A program made the position numbers and the translations under genes. From contig NZ_JBMDXJ010000333.1 in assembly GCF_048594945.1 (NCBI RefSeq), forward strand, positions 1-46,325: a stretch of DNA of 46,325 bases. Direction: 5' to 3'. The stretch comes from Pseudactinotalea sp. (GTDB lineage Bacteria; Actinomycetota; Actinomycetes; Actinomycetales; Beutenbergiaceae). Within the stretch, counting starts at the first letter, position 1. Each line of letters opens with the position of its first letter. The notes under the pieces are model-generated. The model was not told the DNA's origin and searched no databases. It was given only the letters and a program-made list of their open reading frames with translations. Of the stretch, positions 1 through 10,776 are shown piece by piece.

Positions 1-712
1 TCCCGCAGCCGGGCGGGCCGTACAGCAGCAGCCCCTTGGGCGGCTTGAGGCCGTGCTCGCGGAACAGGTCGGGGTGCAGGAACGGCAGCTCGACGGCGTC
101 CTTGATCTGCTCGATCTGCGCGGCGAGCCCGCCGATGTCGGTGTAGTCGACGTCCGGGACCTCCTCGAGCATGAGGTCCTCGACGTCGGAGCGCGGGATC
201 CGCTCGAACGTGAACCCGGTGCGCGTGTCCACCGTGAGTGCGTCTCCGACGCGTACACCGGTCTGCGCCAGCGGTCCGGACAGCCGCAGCACCCGCTCTT
301 CGTCGGCCCTCCCGACCGCGAGCACGCGTTCGTCGTCGAGCACCTCCTTGACGGTGACGAGCTCGCCGACCGGCTCGTACGCGCCGGCCTCCACCACGGT
401 CATCGCCTCGTTGAGCTGGACCTCCTGGCCGGGTCGGAGGTCGTCGACCTCGACGCTCGGCGCGACGCCCACACGCAACTTGCGGCCCGAGGACATCACG
501 TCGATCGAGCGGTCCTGGTGCGCCCTCACGAACACCGCGTAGGAGCCCGGCGGTTTGGTCATCTCCTCGAGCTGGGCGCGCAGCTCGACCAGCTGGGTGC
601 GTGCTGCTGTCAGCGACGCGACGAGACGCTCGTTCTTCGCCGCGAGGTCGACCAGCCGCTTCTCAGCGTCGCGGCCGCTGCCGCCGATCCTGCCGGGGAC
701 CTGCTCAGTCAT
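1..712 (-). CDS. arc: Proteasome-associated AAA ATPase (ARC/Mpa), 5' part; runs off the left edge of the window
   Basis: Manual translation from ATG at 712: [10 protein letters not shown]..., coiled coil, QPPNRRAPT region, then ...[19 protein letters not shown] (Walker A) at the window edge; lies downstream of trmI as in the actinobacterial proteasome locus. Not in the ORF track because it has no stop in the window. Confidence 0.93.
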   Translation of the reverse strand, partial: MTEQVPGRIGGSGRDAEKRLVDLAAKNERLVASLTAARTQLVELRAQLEEMTKPPGSYAVFVRAHQDRSIDVMSSGRKLRVGVAPSVEVDDLRPGQEVQLNEAMTVVEAGAYEPVGELVTVKEVLDDERVLAVGRADEERVLRLSGPLAQTGVRVGDALTVDTRTGFTFERIPRSDVEDLMLEEVPDVDYTDIGGLAAQIEQIKDAVELPFLHPDLFREHGLKPPKGLLLYGPPGCG

Positions 713-727
713 GCCCTCAACGATAGG

Positions 728-1771
<1,044 letters not shown>

Positions 1772-1825
1772 TCACCTTACGGCTCACGCAGCGGGCCGGC
1801 GTCTCCGCCCCCGACGCCTCCCACT

Positions 1826-1901
1826 GGAACGAATCGTGCGCTCGATGGCGGTGCAACCGGTTGCCACTGGGGGCGGCAGCGTCGACCGCACGATTCGTTC
1901 C
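1826..1901. repeat. Intergenic inverted repeat (REP/MITE-like hairpin)
   Basis: GGAACGAATCGTGCG (1826-1840) and CGCACGATTCGTTCC (1887-1901) form a perfect 15-bp inverted repeat that extends imperfectly inward. Confidence 0.75.
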
Positions 1902-1904
1902 CCG

Positions 1905-3002
1905 TCAGCGGGGCAGGCGGCGGCTGGCGTCGACCACGTCGACTGCGCCGAGAGCACGGCCGTCGAGGCCCACGAGCACCACGAATCGAGCACCTGCACG
2001 CGCGGCGCGGGCGAGCTGCCCCACTGCTGCCGACCCCGTGTGCGTGGTCAGCAACGCCTCGGCGGGCAGGCCGCTGGCCACGGCTGACAGCGGCGTCGTG
2101 GCGATCGCGTCGGCTGGCACCGCCTGCACGGCGGTGGGCTGCACCCAGGCGACCGGACGACCATCGGGACCCGAGAGGAGCACGGCTGTGCCGCCGTCGA
2201 CCCCCCGCAGTGCGGTGAGCGGTGCGTTCTGGTCGAGAACGGCCACGGGCACCGCCCATGCCATCAGATCGACGTCGCGTGTGGCGCGGCGAGCCGTCGC
2301 TACCCGCGCCGCCCCTGCTGCCCCTTGCCAGAGCATCGAGGCGATCAGCAGACCCCAGATCAGCGTGAACCAGTTCTGGGTCCCCCGGAGCGCGCCGAGG
2401 TACAACGCAGCCAGGCCGACCGCCACCGCCACCCCCTGCCCCACCCGTGCGGCGACGAGAGTGCCGAGATCCCGGTCGCCGCGGAGCCGCCACACGAGCG
2501 CTTCGAGGAGCCGCCCGCCGTCCATCGGCAGCGCCGGGATCGCGTTGAAGACCGCCACGAAGACGTTCGTGAACGCGACCGCCGACAGCACCAACGCGGC
2601 AGCGGGAGAATCCACCGCGGAGCTTCCCGCGGCGAACGCCGCAGCCAGCACCCCGTTGGTGGCCGGACCCACCGCAGCCACGAGCGCCGAGGCACCCGGG
2701 CGCCCGATCTCGTCATGGAACGAGGTGTGACCGCCCCAGAGCGAGAGCACATACTCGCGCACGGGGATGCCGAGCCGCTGCGCCGTCAGTCCGTGCGCGA
2801 GCTCGTGCGCGAGCACGCTGAGTGCGAGCAGAAGCGGGATGCCGGCCGCCACCAGGGCCGCCGGCAGCAGCTCGAGGCCCAGCACGCGGGCAACGGTCGG
2901 CGTGAACATCACCAGCAGCACGGCAGTGATCAGCGCCCAGCCGGGCGTGAGAAAGATCGGAACGCCGCGGATCGACCCGACCCGCAGCCCGGGCTTACGC
3001 AC
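1905..3002 (-). CDS. Site-2 protease family (M50) membrane metalloprotease
   Basis: HELAH zinc motif, AVGP, FNAIPALPMDGGR (NPDG-type motif), multiple hydrophobic segments. Confidence 0.92.
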   Translation of the reverse strand: MRKPGLRVGSIRGVPIFLTPGWALITAVLLVMFTPTVARVLGLELLPAALVAAGIPLLLALSVLAHELAHGLTAQRLGIPVREYVLSLWGGHTSFHDEIGRPGASALVAAVGPATNGVLAAAFAAGSSAVDSPAAALVLSAVAFTNVFVAVFNAIPALPMDGGRLLEALVWRLRGDRDLGTLVAARVGQGVAVAVGLAALYLGALRGTQNWFTLIWGLLIASMLWQGAAGAARVATARRATRDVDLMAWAVPVAVLDQNAPLTALRGVDGGTAVLLSGPDGRPVAWVQPTAVQAVPADAIATTPLSAVASGLPAEALLTTHTGSAAVGQLARAARAGARFVVLVGLDGRALGAVDVVDASRRLPR

Positions 3003-3732
3003 CGATGAGGTCCACGACGGCCCCGGCCGCGATCGCCTCGAGGTCGGCGACCCCCACCCCGGCGAGCGTGGTCATCCGGCTGCGGCCCGGCGCGGGCGGC
3101 AGCGGCACGTGAGCCTCGACCGCGAGCAGCCGCGCCCCGGCGGCCTCGGCGGAGGCGACTCCCGGCGTGGAGTCCTCGATCGCGATGCACCGAGCGATGT
3201 CCGCACCGAGGTTTCGCGCTGCCGTGAGGTACGGCTCTGGGTGCGGCTTGCCGCGCGTGACCGCGTCACCGGTCACAACGGTCGCGAAGATCCCCTCGGG
3301 GAGGTGATCGAGCACCACGTCGACCATCCGCTTCCAGGACATCGTCACCAGGGCGCACGGGACGCCCGCCTCGTACAGCGCGAGCAGCAGCTCGCGTGCT
3401 CCGGGACGCCACGGCACACCGTGGCTGTCCATCCGGTCCAGCACCGCGTTGATGAGCGTGTCGACGATCTCCGGCACCGACAGCGTGAGCCCGAACCAGT
3501 CGCGCAGCAGCTCGGCGCTGTGCGTCAGAGACTGCCCGATCATCAGCGGGAGGATCGCCGGGTTCCAGGTGGCCCCGGCGCCGGTCACCAGCTCCTTCTC
3601 CGCTGCCAGCCAGTACGGCTCGGAATCGACGAGCGTCCCGTCCATGTCCCACAGCACGGCAGCGAGCGTGCGACTACTCGGATCAGGCACGGACAACGCG
3701 ACCTCCAGCGGCACTGTGCACCCGGGCGGCAC
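2995..3732 (-). CDS. HAD-superfamily phosphatase (alternative TTG start at 3696 after GGAGG)
   Basis: WDMDGTLVDSE motif I, KPHPEPY, IEDS motif IV. Confidence 0.9.
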   Translation of the reverse strand: MPPGCTVPLEVALSVPDPSSRTLAAVLWDMDGTLVDSEPYWLAAEKELVTGAGATWNPAILPLMIGQSLTHSAELLRDWFGLTLSVPEIVDTLINAVLDRMDSHGVPWRPGARELLLALYEAGVPCALVTMSWKRMVDVVLDHLPEGIFATVVTGDAVTRGKPHPEPYLTAARNLGADIARCIAIEDSTPGVASAEAAGARLLAVEAHVPLPPAPGRSRMTTLAGVGVADLEAIAAGAVVDLIGA

Positions 3733-3757
3733 ACCCCATGAGGTTATCCGCCCGGCC

Positions 3758-4156
3758 TCACCGGCGGCGCCGCCGCCGGTTCAAGACGTAGGCGAACGGG
3801 CCACCGAGGCCGAACAGCACCGTGCCGATGGCAGACGCGACGATCATCGTGCCCCGCGCTCGGTGCCCGGTGTCCATCCCGTCGAGCACCAGCAGCAGGA
3901 GCGCGAGCGATCCGGCACCCATCAGGAGGCTGCCCGCCAGCAGCAACCGTTGTCCGGCCTGGGTGTGAGGCCCGGCGAGCTGCATGAAGCCGATCAGGGT
4001 GCAACCACCGAAGAACAGCGCCGCCAGACCTCCGATGGCGATCTCCCCGAACCCGATCACCACGAGCCCCGCCACCACGAAGATCGCCGAGAGCACGGTC
4101 ATCACCATGTCGCGCCGGCGCGACCGTCGCTCCTCCTTCGCGATCCAGTCAGGCAT
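3758..4156 (-). CDS. Hypothetical membrane protein, about 4 TM helices
   Basis: ATG at 4156 preceded 7 nt upstream by TAGCAT; four hydrophobic segments and an Arg-rich C-terminus. Confidence 0.7.
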   Translation of the reverse strand: MPDWIAKEERRSRRRDMVMTVLSAIFVVAGLVVIGFGEIAIGGLAALFFGGCTLIGFMQLAGPHTQAGQRLLLAGSLLMGAGSLALLLLVLDGMDTGHRARGTMIVASAIGTVLFGLGGPFAYVLNRRRRRR

Positions 4157-4227
4157 CGAGCTGATGCTATCCGGCGGGTCGCAGCCCTCAGGAACGGTGA
4201 GGGCGCACCACGTTCTAGGCTGGAGCG

Positions 4228-5151
4228 GTGACCACACCTCGTCACGCTGCAGAGCGTCCCGAACTCCCGCCCGCGATGATGATCGCCGCGTTCGAGGGCT
4301 GGAACGATGCCGGCTCCGCCGCGTCGTCGGCCATCGCCGTGCTCGCGGAGGCGTGGCGCGCACGGGAGGTGCGCGCGCTCGATCCGGAGCCGTACCACGA
4401 CTTTCAGGTGAACCGCCCGGTGCAGGGCCGGGACAGCGAGGGCAATCGCACGCTCGACTGGCCGGACACCACGGTGTCGATCGCGCTGAGCCCTACCTTG
4501 GGGCGCAGCGTGGTGCTGGCGCAGGGCACCGAGCCGTCGATGCGGTGGCGCAGTTACTGCAACGAGTTGCTGGACGCCGCCGAGGAGCTTCGAGTCGGCA
4601 CGCTCGTCACGGTCGGTGCGTTGCTCGCCGACGCCCCGCACACCCGCCCCATCCCGGTGCAGACCTCGTCGGACGACCCGCAGGTGCAGGCGCTGCTCGG
4701 CGTCGAGGGCAGCGATTATGAGGGGCCCACGGGCATCGTCGGCGTGCTCGGCCATCTTGCGGCAGAGCGTGGCATGCACACGCTCTCGGTGTGGGCCGCC
4801 GTCCCTCACTACGTGGCGCAGCCGCCCTCCCCCAAGGCCACGCTCGCGCTGCTGTCCGCGCTCGAGGAGGTGCTCGGTGAGCCGGTGCCCACCGGGGACC
4901 TGGCCGAGGATGCCGAGGCATGGCAGCGCGGTGTCGACGAGCTCGCCGCCGAGGACCCGGAGATCGCCGAGTACGTGCGTCAGCTCGAGGACGCCAAGGA
5001 CACCGCCGACCTCCCCGAGGCGTCCGGCGAGGCGATCGCCCGCGAGTTCGAGCGCTACCTGCGCCGCCGCGGCGGCGAGTCGGGCAGAGCGCACGCACGT
5101 CGCCCGCCGAGACACCCGACGGCGGGGCGGCCGGCGTCATCGGGGCGTTGA
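4228..5151 (+). CDS. PAC2 family (proteasome assembly chaperone-like) protein
   Basis: AAFEGWNDAG, YHDFQVNRP, EPSMRW, GALLADAPHTRP, YEGPTGIVG, WAAVPHY, GEAIAREFERYL; proteasome-locus context. Confidence 0.92.
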   Translation: MTTPRHAAERPELPPAMMIAAFEGWNDAGSAASSAIAVLAEAWRAREVRALDPEPYHDFQVNRPVQGRDSEGNRTLDWPDTTVSIALSPTLGRSVVLAQGTEPSMRWRSYCNELLDAAEELRVGTLVTVGALLADAPHTRPIPVQTSSDDPQVQALLGVEGSDYEGPTGIVGVLGHLAAERGMHTLSVWAAVPHYVAQPPSPKATLALLSALEEVLGEPVPTGDLAEDAEAWQRGVDELAAEDPEIAEYVRQLEDAKDTADLPEASGEAIAREFERYLRRRGGESGRAHARRPPRHPTAGRPASSGR

Positions 5152-5735
5152 GAATCGCCGCCGGTCTCGGCGTCATGGCGGTGCTCGGTCGCACGCTGGC
5201 GACCGGTCGGGAGAGCGTGCTCGACTACCTCGGGTACTTCACCAATCAGACCTCCCTCATCGCCGCGCTGGTGCTGATCGCCCAGGGCGGCATGGTGCTC
5301 GCCGGCCGGCGCATGCCCGCCGCACTGGTGCTCGCGCGAGCGGTGATCACGGCGTGCCTGCTGGTGGTGGCGGTCGTCTACAACACGCTCGTGCCCGGCA
5401 CCGGGTCGGCGCCCGCCTGGGTCAGCATGATCCTGCACCTGCTGTTCCCACTCGTGGTCACGCTGGACTGGCTGCTCGTCGGGGATCGTCCGTCGCTGCC
5501 GTGGCGGCGACTGTGGCTCGCGCTTCCGTACCCGCTGCTGTGGCTGATCGTGGTGCTGGTGCGCGGCGTCACCGACGGGTGGGTGCCCTACGGGTTCCTG
5601 CTGCCCGAGCGCGGCCCCGGCTCGCTCGCCGTCCACGTCGCCGGTCTTCTCGGTGCGCTCATCGCGGCCGCAGCCCTCGTCTGGGCCGGCAGCCGCCTAC
5701 GCGGGCGCTGGCTCCGCGCGCCGACAGCCCGCTGA
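5148..5735 (+). CDS. Pr6Pr-family membrane protein
   Basis: YLGYFTNQTS, VVYNTL, ILHLLFP, YPLLWL, WVPYGFL pattern; putative TTG start overlapping the PAC2 stop (TTGA). Confidence 0.75.
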   Translation: MRIAAGLGVMAVLGRTLATGRESVLDYLGYFTNQTSLIAALVLIAQGGMVLAGRRMPAALVLARAVITACLLVVAVVYNTLVPGTGSAPAWVSMILHLLFPLVVTLDWLLVGDRPSLPWRRLWLALPYPLLWLIVVLVRGVTDGWVPYGFLLPERGPGSLAVHVAGLLGALIAAAALVWAGSRLRGRWLRAPTAR

Positions 5736-5739
5736 TGAG

Positions 5740-5829
5740 GGAACCACTGATCAATGCTGCCCTGCTGCGCGATGCCCATGCACGCACCTGGACACCGCTC
5801 GCTCACGGGCCCCATCGATCAGCAGCTCC
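5740..5829 (-). terminator. Long stem-loop directly after the mshC stop, between convergent genes
   Basis: On the minus strand GGAGCTGCTGATCGATG pairs with CATTGATCAGTGGTTCC at all 17 positions, 4 of them G-U; no U-tract. Confidence 0.5.
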
Positions 5830-7038
5830 CTAGATCGACACGCCCAGCAGCGCCGAGACGGCCCCGATCACAGCCTTCCCGCGGCCCGGCCGCGCAGCCC
5901 AGGCATCGACGACGGCGACGGCGGCCGGCGTGCTGAGGTCGTCGGCGATCGCAGCGCGGATCTCAGCGATCGTCGCGGATTCGTCCGCGTCACCGGCGAG
6001 GTGCGCGGCGTCCTGCCAGCGCTGCCAGCGGCGGGCAGCGGCGTAGAGCTGCGAGGTCGTGTACTCCCAGTCGGTGCGGTAGTGCTGAGCGAGCAAGGTG
6101 AGCCGGATGACATCGGCGGGGACGCCGTCGTCGAGCAGCTGACTCACGAACACGAGGTTGCCGCGCGACTTGCTCATCTTGTGACCGGCGTAACCGACCA
6201 GACCGGTGTGCACGAACGACTCGGCGGGGTGCTGGCGGCCGGTGACCTCACGCAGGTGCGAGGTGGACATCTCGTGGTGCGGGTAGACGAGGTCGTATCC
6301 GCCGCCCTGCACCGTGAAGGGGATGTCGAGGTTGGCCTTCGCGATCGCGGCGCACTCGATGTGCCACCCGGGGCGACCCTCCCCCAGGTCTCCGCCCGGC
6401 CAGGAAGGCTCGCCCTCGCGGCGGCCGCGCCACAGCAGCGGGTCGCGCGGGTGCCGCTTTCCGGGCGTCTCGGGGTCGCCGCCGCGCTCAGCGAACAGGC
6501 GATCCATCTCGGCGTCATCGAGGTGTCCGATGCTGCCGATCAGGCTGTCGGCGGACAGGTCCGCGTAGACGTCGTCGCCCACCACGTAGGCCGACCCGGT
6601 GCGCAGCATCTCGGACACGGCCGAGACCACGAGATCGACTGAGTCCACCACGCTCACGTAGTGGTTCGGTGGGATCACGCGCAGCGCTTCCATGTCGCCG
6701 CGGAACTTGCCGATCTCCGCCTGGGCGAGGTCCTGCCAGTCGACGCCGGTCTCGTTCGCCCGATCCAGCAGCGGGTCGTCCACGTCGGTGACGTTCTGCA
6801 CGTAGGTGACCTCGAGCCCCGCGTCGCGCCAGGCGCGGATCAGCGTGTCGAACGCCACGTAGGTGGCGGCGTGGCCCAGGTGGGTGGAGTCGTACGGCGT
6901 GATGCCGCAGACGTACAGTCCGGCGCGGCCTCCTGAACCGGCTAGCTCGCGCACGCCGCCTGCGGCGGTGTCATGGACGCGGGGAGCGAGACCCGGCCCC
7001 TCGATCTCGGGCACCTCGGGGGCGTTCCAACTCTGCAC
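5830..7038 (-). CDS. mshC: Cysteine:1D-myo-inosityl 2-amino-2-deoxy-alpha-D-glucopyranoside ligase (mycothiol synthesis)
   Basis: CGITPYDSTHLGH, VQNVTDVDDPL, ERGGDP, GRPGWHIEC, KMSKSRGNLV; CysRS-like without the anticodon-binding domain. Confidence 0.96.
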   Translation of the reverse strand: MQSWNAPEVPEIEGPGLAPRVHDTAAGGVRELAGSGGRAGLYVCGITPYDSTHLGHAATYVAFDTLIRAWRDAGLEVTYVQNVTDVDDPLLDRANETGVDWQDLAQAEIGKFRGDMEALRVIPPNHYVSVVDSVDLVVSAVSEMLRTGSAYVVGDDVYADLSADSLIGSIGHLDDAEMDRLFAERGGDPETPGKRHPRDPLLWRGRREGEPSWPGGDLGEGRPGWHIECAAIAKANLDIPFTVQGGGYDLVYPHHEMSTSHLREVTGRQHPAESFVHTGLVGYAGHKMSKSRGNLVFVSQLLDDGVPADVIRLTLLAQHYRTDWEYTTSQLYAAARRWQRWQDAAHLAGDADESATIAEIRAAIADDLSTPAAVAVVDAWAARPGRGKAVIGAVSALLGVSI

Positions 7039-7074
7039 CTTCCGAGCGTAACCGGACCCGCCGACAGCGTTCGC

Positions 7075-7920
7075 CTACGACGGCGGCATCGCCTGCAGCG
7101 TTCCGGTCAGCAGCAGCACCACAACCACCGCGGCGAGCCCGATCCGGTACCAGACGAAGCCCCAGTAGGAGTAGGTGGAGATGATCTTGAGGAAGGCGAT
7201 GATCACGAGGTAACCGACCACGAACGCGACCAACGTCGCCACCAGGGTGGCGACCAGACCCGCGTCGCCGCCGCTGAATCCGCTCTTGAAGAGCTGGTAG
7301 AACCCGGACCCCAGCACTGCCGGGATCGCGAGCAGGAAAGAGTAACGGGCCGCAGCCTCGCGGGTGTAGCCGAGCAGCATCCCCATGGTGATCGTTCCTC
7401 CGGAGCGCGACACTCCGGGGATCAGCGCCATCGCCTGCGCGAGGCCGAACAGGATGCCGTCCCGCCAGGTCAGCTCCTTGAGCGTCTTCTTCTTGGCCCC
7501 GACCTTGTCGGCCCAGCCCAGCAGCAGCGCAAAAGCCGCGAGCAGTGCCGCGGTGATCCACAGGTTCCGCAGAGCGTGCTCGATCGCGTCCTGGAACAGC
7601 AGCCCGAGCAGCACGATCGGGATCGACCCGAGGATGACGAGCCAGCCCATCCTCGCGTCCGGGTCGTCGGAGGGCAGCTGCCGCTTCCATGGTCCGACCG
7701 GCAACGACTTCGCCCAGTGGCTGATGATGCGGGCGATCTCACGGCGGAAGTAGATCACCACCGCCGCCTCGGTGCCGATCTGCGTGATCGCGCTGAAGGA
7801 GGCACCGGGATCGGCGCCCAACAGCTCGCCCACGATGCGCAGGTGCGCGCTGGAGGAGATCGGCAGGAACTCGGTCAGTCCCTGGATCAGACCGAGGATC
7901 ACCGCATCGAGGAAGGACAC
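7075..7920 (-). CDS. uppP: Undecaprenyl-diphosphate phosphatase (BacA)
   Basis: [14 protein letters not shown] and PGVSRSG motifs; GTG start at 7920 (the longer ORF-track start overlaps the AKR gene). Confidence 0.95.
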   Translation of the reverse strand: MSFLDAVILGLIQGLTEFLPISSSAHLRIVGELLGADPGASFSAITQIGTEAAVVIYFRREIARIISHWAKSLPVGPWKRQLPSDDPDARMGWLVILGSIPIVLLGLLFQDAIEHALRNLWITAALLAAFALLLGWADKVGAKKKTLKELTWRDGILFGLAQAMALIPGVSRSGGTITMGMLLGYTREAAARYSFLLAIPAVLGSGFYQLFKSGFSGGDAGLVATLVATLVAFVVGYLVIIAFLKIISTYSYWGFVWYRIGLAAVVVVLLLTGTLQAMPPS

Positions 7921-7928
7921 GGCCGCCA

Positions 7929-7938
7929 AGGCTAACCT
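7929..7938. promoter_or_regulatory. Overlapping divergent -10 elements for uppP and the AKR gene
   Basis: TAACCT (+, 7933-7938) is 7 nt before the AKR ATG; TAGCCT (-, 7934-7929) is 8 nt before the uppP GTG. Confidence 0.65.
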
Positions 7939-7945
7939 GCTCGGC

Positions 7946-8875
7946 ATGGAGCTGAGGCGGTTGGGGCGTACCGGGTTGCGCGTGTCGGAGGTCGGTCTGG
8001 GCACGATGACCTGGGGCCGGGACACGGACGAGCACGAGGCCGCCGAACAGCTCAGGGTGTTCCTCGACGCCGGCGGGTCGCTGGTGGACACCGCCGCCAC
8101 GTACTCCGACGGCGGCGCGCTCGACATCATCGCCGCGCTGCTGCGTGACGAGGTGCATCGCGACGACGTGGTGCTCGCCGCCCGCTCCGGGGTGGCCGAC
8201 GGCCGCGTCGACGCTTCCCGGCGCGCGCTGCTCAGCTCGCTGGAGGAGACGCTGCGTCGCCTGGGCACCGACCACCTCGACCTGTGGCTGGTCCAGGCGC
8301 CCGACCCCGGCACGCCGGTGACTGAGACCGCCGCCACGCTCGCCCACGCGGTGGAGTCGGGCAAGGTCCGCTACGTCGGTCTCGCGAACCACGCGGCTTG
8401 GCAGATCGCCCAGGTCGCCACGATGCTCGACGGCGGAGCGGGGCTGGCTTGTGCGCAGACCGAGCTGTCCCTGCTCAATCGCTCGGCAGAGGCCGAGCTG
8501 GTGCCGGCCACCGAGGCACTCGGGATCGGCGTGATCGGCTGGTCGCCGCTGGGGCGTGGCGTGCTCTCGGCGAAATACCGACACTCGGTGCCCGCCGACT
8601 CGCGCGCGGCCTCACCGCACCTGCGCGGGTTCGTCGAGCCGTACCTCACTGCGGAGGCCCGCAGCGTCGTCGAGGCCGTCGCGACCGCAGCCGACGGTCT
8701 CGGTCGGGCGCCTGTCGAGGTCGCGCTGGCCTGGGCGCGCGACGCGCCGGGCGTCAGCAGCGTGGTTGTCGGCGCCAGGACGCCCGCTCAGCTGCGTGGC
8801 GCCCTCGCCGCCGATGACCTCGATCTGCCCGACGAGATCCGCGACGCGCTCAACGAGATCACGCAGCCCGGCTGA
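7946..8875 (+). CDS. Aldo/keto reductase
   Basis: [52 protein letters not shown]. Confidence 0.93.
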   Translation: MELRRLGRTGLRVSEVGLGTMTWGRDTDEHEAAEQLRVFLDAGGSLVDTAATYSDGGALDIIAALLRDEVHRDDVVLAARSGVADGRVDASRRALLSSLEETLRRLGTDHLDLWLVQAPDPGTPVTETAATLAHAVESGKVRYVGLANHAAWQIAQVATMLDGGAGLACAQTELSLLNRSAEAELVPATEALGIGVIGWSPLGRGVLSAKYRHSVPADSRAASPHLRGFVEPYLTAEARSVVEAVATAADGLGRAPVEVALAWARDAPGVSSVVVGARTPAQLRGALAADDLDLPDEIRDALNEITQPG

Positions 8876-8878
8876 GTG

Positions 8879-9160
8879 TCAGTCCCGGTCGTCCGGGTCG
8901 TCGTCGTCATCCGACTCGCCGTCGTCGTCGTCCGAGTCGTCCTCGTCGTCTTCGTCCTCGTCGTCGTCGAGGTAGAACGGCGTGTCGACGCCGGTCTCCT
9001 CGTACAGCGCCTCGTCGTAGGCGTCGAAGGCGTCGGCGAGAACGGCCGCGGCGTCGAGAACCGCGTCGGCGTCCGGGTCCTGCTCGGCACTGGCCGCGTC
9101 AAGGTGGGCGCGGAACGCGGCGATGAGCTCATCGAGCGCCGCACTCGGATCGGTGGCCAT
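8879..9160 (-). CDS. Small, highly acidic hypothetical protein
   Basis: MATDPSAALDELIAAF...DAFDAYDEALY..TP followed by a poly-Asp/Glu tail; TAAGTT 7 nt upstream of the ATG; usual neighbour of AKR and DUF5703 genes. Confidence 0.8.
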   Translation of the reverse strand: MATDPSAALDELIAAFRAHLDAASAEQDPDADAVLDAAAVLADAFDAYDEALYEETGVDTPFYLDDDEDEDDEDDSDDDDGESDDDDDPDDRD

Positions 9161-9215
9161 GGTCGTCAACTTAGCGTCCCCCGATCTCCTGGGACAGCCC
9201 TATACAGTGATCGCC

Positions 9216-9428
9216 ATGTCGCGTCACCACCACACGCGCTCAGCGGCGTCGTACGAGGTCAAGGTCCTCACACTCCCCCGCACCACCTCCCGTGGAGACG
9301 TCAGGCGGCTCCTGACCGAGGAAGCCGAGTACGGCAAGTGGGAGCTCGCGCGCCTGTGCCTGTACGTGGGGGGACACCGCAAGGTGTGGTTGCGGCGCAA
9401 GATCATCCGCGTCAGCTCGACTCTCTGA
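9216..9428 (+). CDS. DUF5703 family protein
   Basis: YEVKVLTLPR...RRLLTEEAEYGKWELARLCLYVGGHRKVWLRRKIIRV; TACAGT 7 nt upstream of the ATG. Confidence 0.88.
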   Translation: MSRHHHTRSAASYEVKVLTLPRTTSRGDVRRLLTEEAEYGKWELARLCLYVGGHRKVWLRRKIIRVSSTL

Positions 9429-9459
9429 GCCGCACCCGATCACGGAAGCGGCAGCGCCC

Positions 9460-10776
9460 TCAGCAGGTCTGCAGGAACCTCCGCAGCACCCGGACGCCGA
9501 ACTCCACCGACTCCACCGGCACCCGTTCGTCGACGCCGTGGAACATCCCGGCGAAGTCGAGCTCGGGCGGCAGCCGGAGCGGAGCGAAGCCATATCCGGT
9601 GATGCCGAGCCGCGCGAGCGACTTGTTGTCGGTGCCGCCCGAGAGCATGTACGGCAGCACGGCCGCGCCAGGGTCCTCGGCGTCGAGCGAGGCCACCATG
9701 GCGTCCACGAGATCGCCCTCGAACGGCACCTCGAGCGCGATGTCACGGTGGATGTCCTCGACCCGCACGCCCTCACCAGCGAGCTCACGGATCGTCGCCA
9801 TCACCTGCTCTTCCTGCCCGGGCAAGAAGCGCACGTCCACGGCGGCGCTCGCCTGTCCGGGGACCACGTTCGCCTTGTACCCGGCATCGAGCTGGGTGGG
9901 GTTGGCGTAGTTCGCCGTGGTGGACCCGACGAACTTGCCCATCGGCCCGAGCGCCGCGACCAGATCGGTGACCGTGCTCGGGTCCTGCGGGTCGAACCGC
10001 TTCCCGGTGAGGTCGGCCACCCCGGTGAGGAACGCCGTCACGGTGGTGCCGAGCGAGGTCTCGAACCGGTGCTCGCCGATCCGGGCCACCGCCTGGGCAA
10101 GCCGGGTCACGGCGTTGTCGGTGTTGACCTGGGACCCGTGGCCGGCGGTGCCGTCGGCGACCAGCCGCAGCCACGCGATTCCCTTCTCGGCGGTCTGCAG
10201 GAGATAGGTACGGCGCCCGTCGAGCTCGATGCTGAAGCCACCGACCTCACTGATCGCCTCGGTGGCACCTTCGAACCACTCGGGGTGGTTGTCCACGACC
10301 CAGCCGGCGCCCATCTTGCCGCCGGCTTCCTCGTCGGCGAAGAACGCGACCACGAGGTCGCGGGCCGGCTGCCAGCCGCTGCGCTTCATGTCGCGCACCG
10401 CGGCCAGGATCATCGCGTCCATGTCCTTCATGTCCACGGCACCGCGGCCCCAGATCATGCCGTCCATCTCGTCGCCGCCGAACGGGTCCATCTTCCAGTC
10501 GCTCGCCTGCGCGGGCACGACGTCGGTGTGTCCGTGGACCACCAGCGCCGGCCGGCTCCGGTCGAGGCCGGGGATCCGCAGCAGCACGCTGCCTCGCGTC
10601 GGTCGCGACTCCAGGTACGTGGGGTCGTAGCCGACCTCGGTCAGCAGCTCCATCACCTTCTCGGCGGCGGCCCGCTCGCCGGGTCCCGAGTCGTCGCCGT
10701 AGTTGGAGGAGTCGATCCGGATCAGCTCACGGCAGATGCGTACCGCATCCGCCTCGGGCGTGAGGTGCTCAGTCAT
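9460..10776 (-). CDS. M20/M25/M40 family metallo-hydrolase
   Basis: HGHTDVVPA, GRGAVDMK, ADEEAGG, SEVGG, GGTD, FHGVDER. Confidence 0.94.
   Translation of the reverse strand: MTEHLTPEADAVRICRELIRIDSSNYGDDSGPGERAAAEKVMELLTEVGYDPTYLESRPTRGSVLLRIPGLDRSRPALVVHGHTDVVPAQASDWKMDPFGGDEMDGMIWGRGAVDMKDMDAMILAAVRDMKRSGWQPARDLVVAFFADEEAGGKMGAGWVVDNHPEWFEGATEAISEVGGFSIELDGRRTYLLQTAEKGIAWLRLVADGTAGHGSQVNTDNAVTRLAQAVARIGEHRFETSLGTTVTAFLTGVADLTGKRFDPQDPSTVTDLVAALGPMGKFVGSTTANYANPTQLDAGYKANVVPGQASAAVDVRFLPGQEEQVMATIRELAGEGVRVEDIHRDIALEVPFEGDLVDAMVASLDAEDPGAAVLPYMLSGGTDNKSLARLGITGYGFAPLRLPPELDFAGMFHGVDERVPVESVEFGVRVLRRFLQTC

Noticed and set aside
7921-8364. Long N-terminal extension of uppP in the ORF track
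   Set aside because: Overlaps the AKR gene on the opposite strand; homology begins at GTG 7920 with a -10 box upstream
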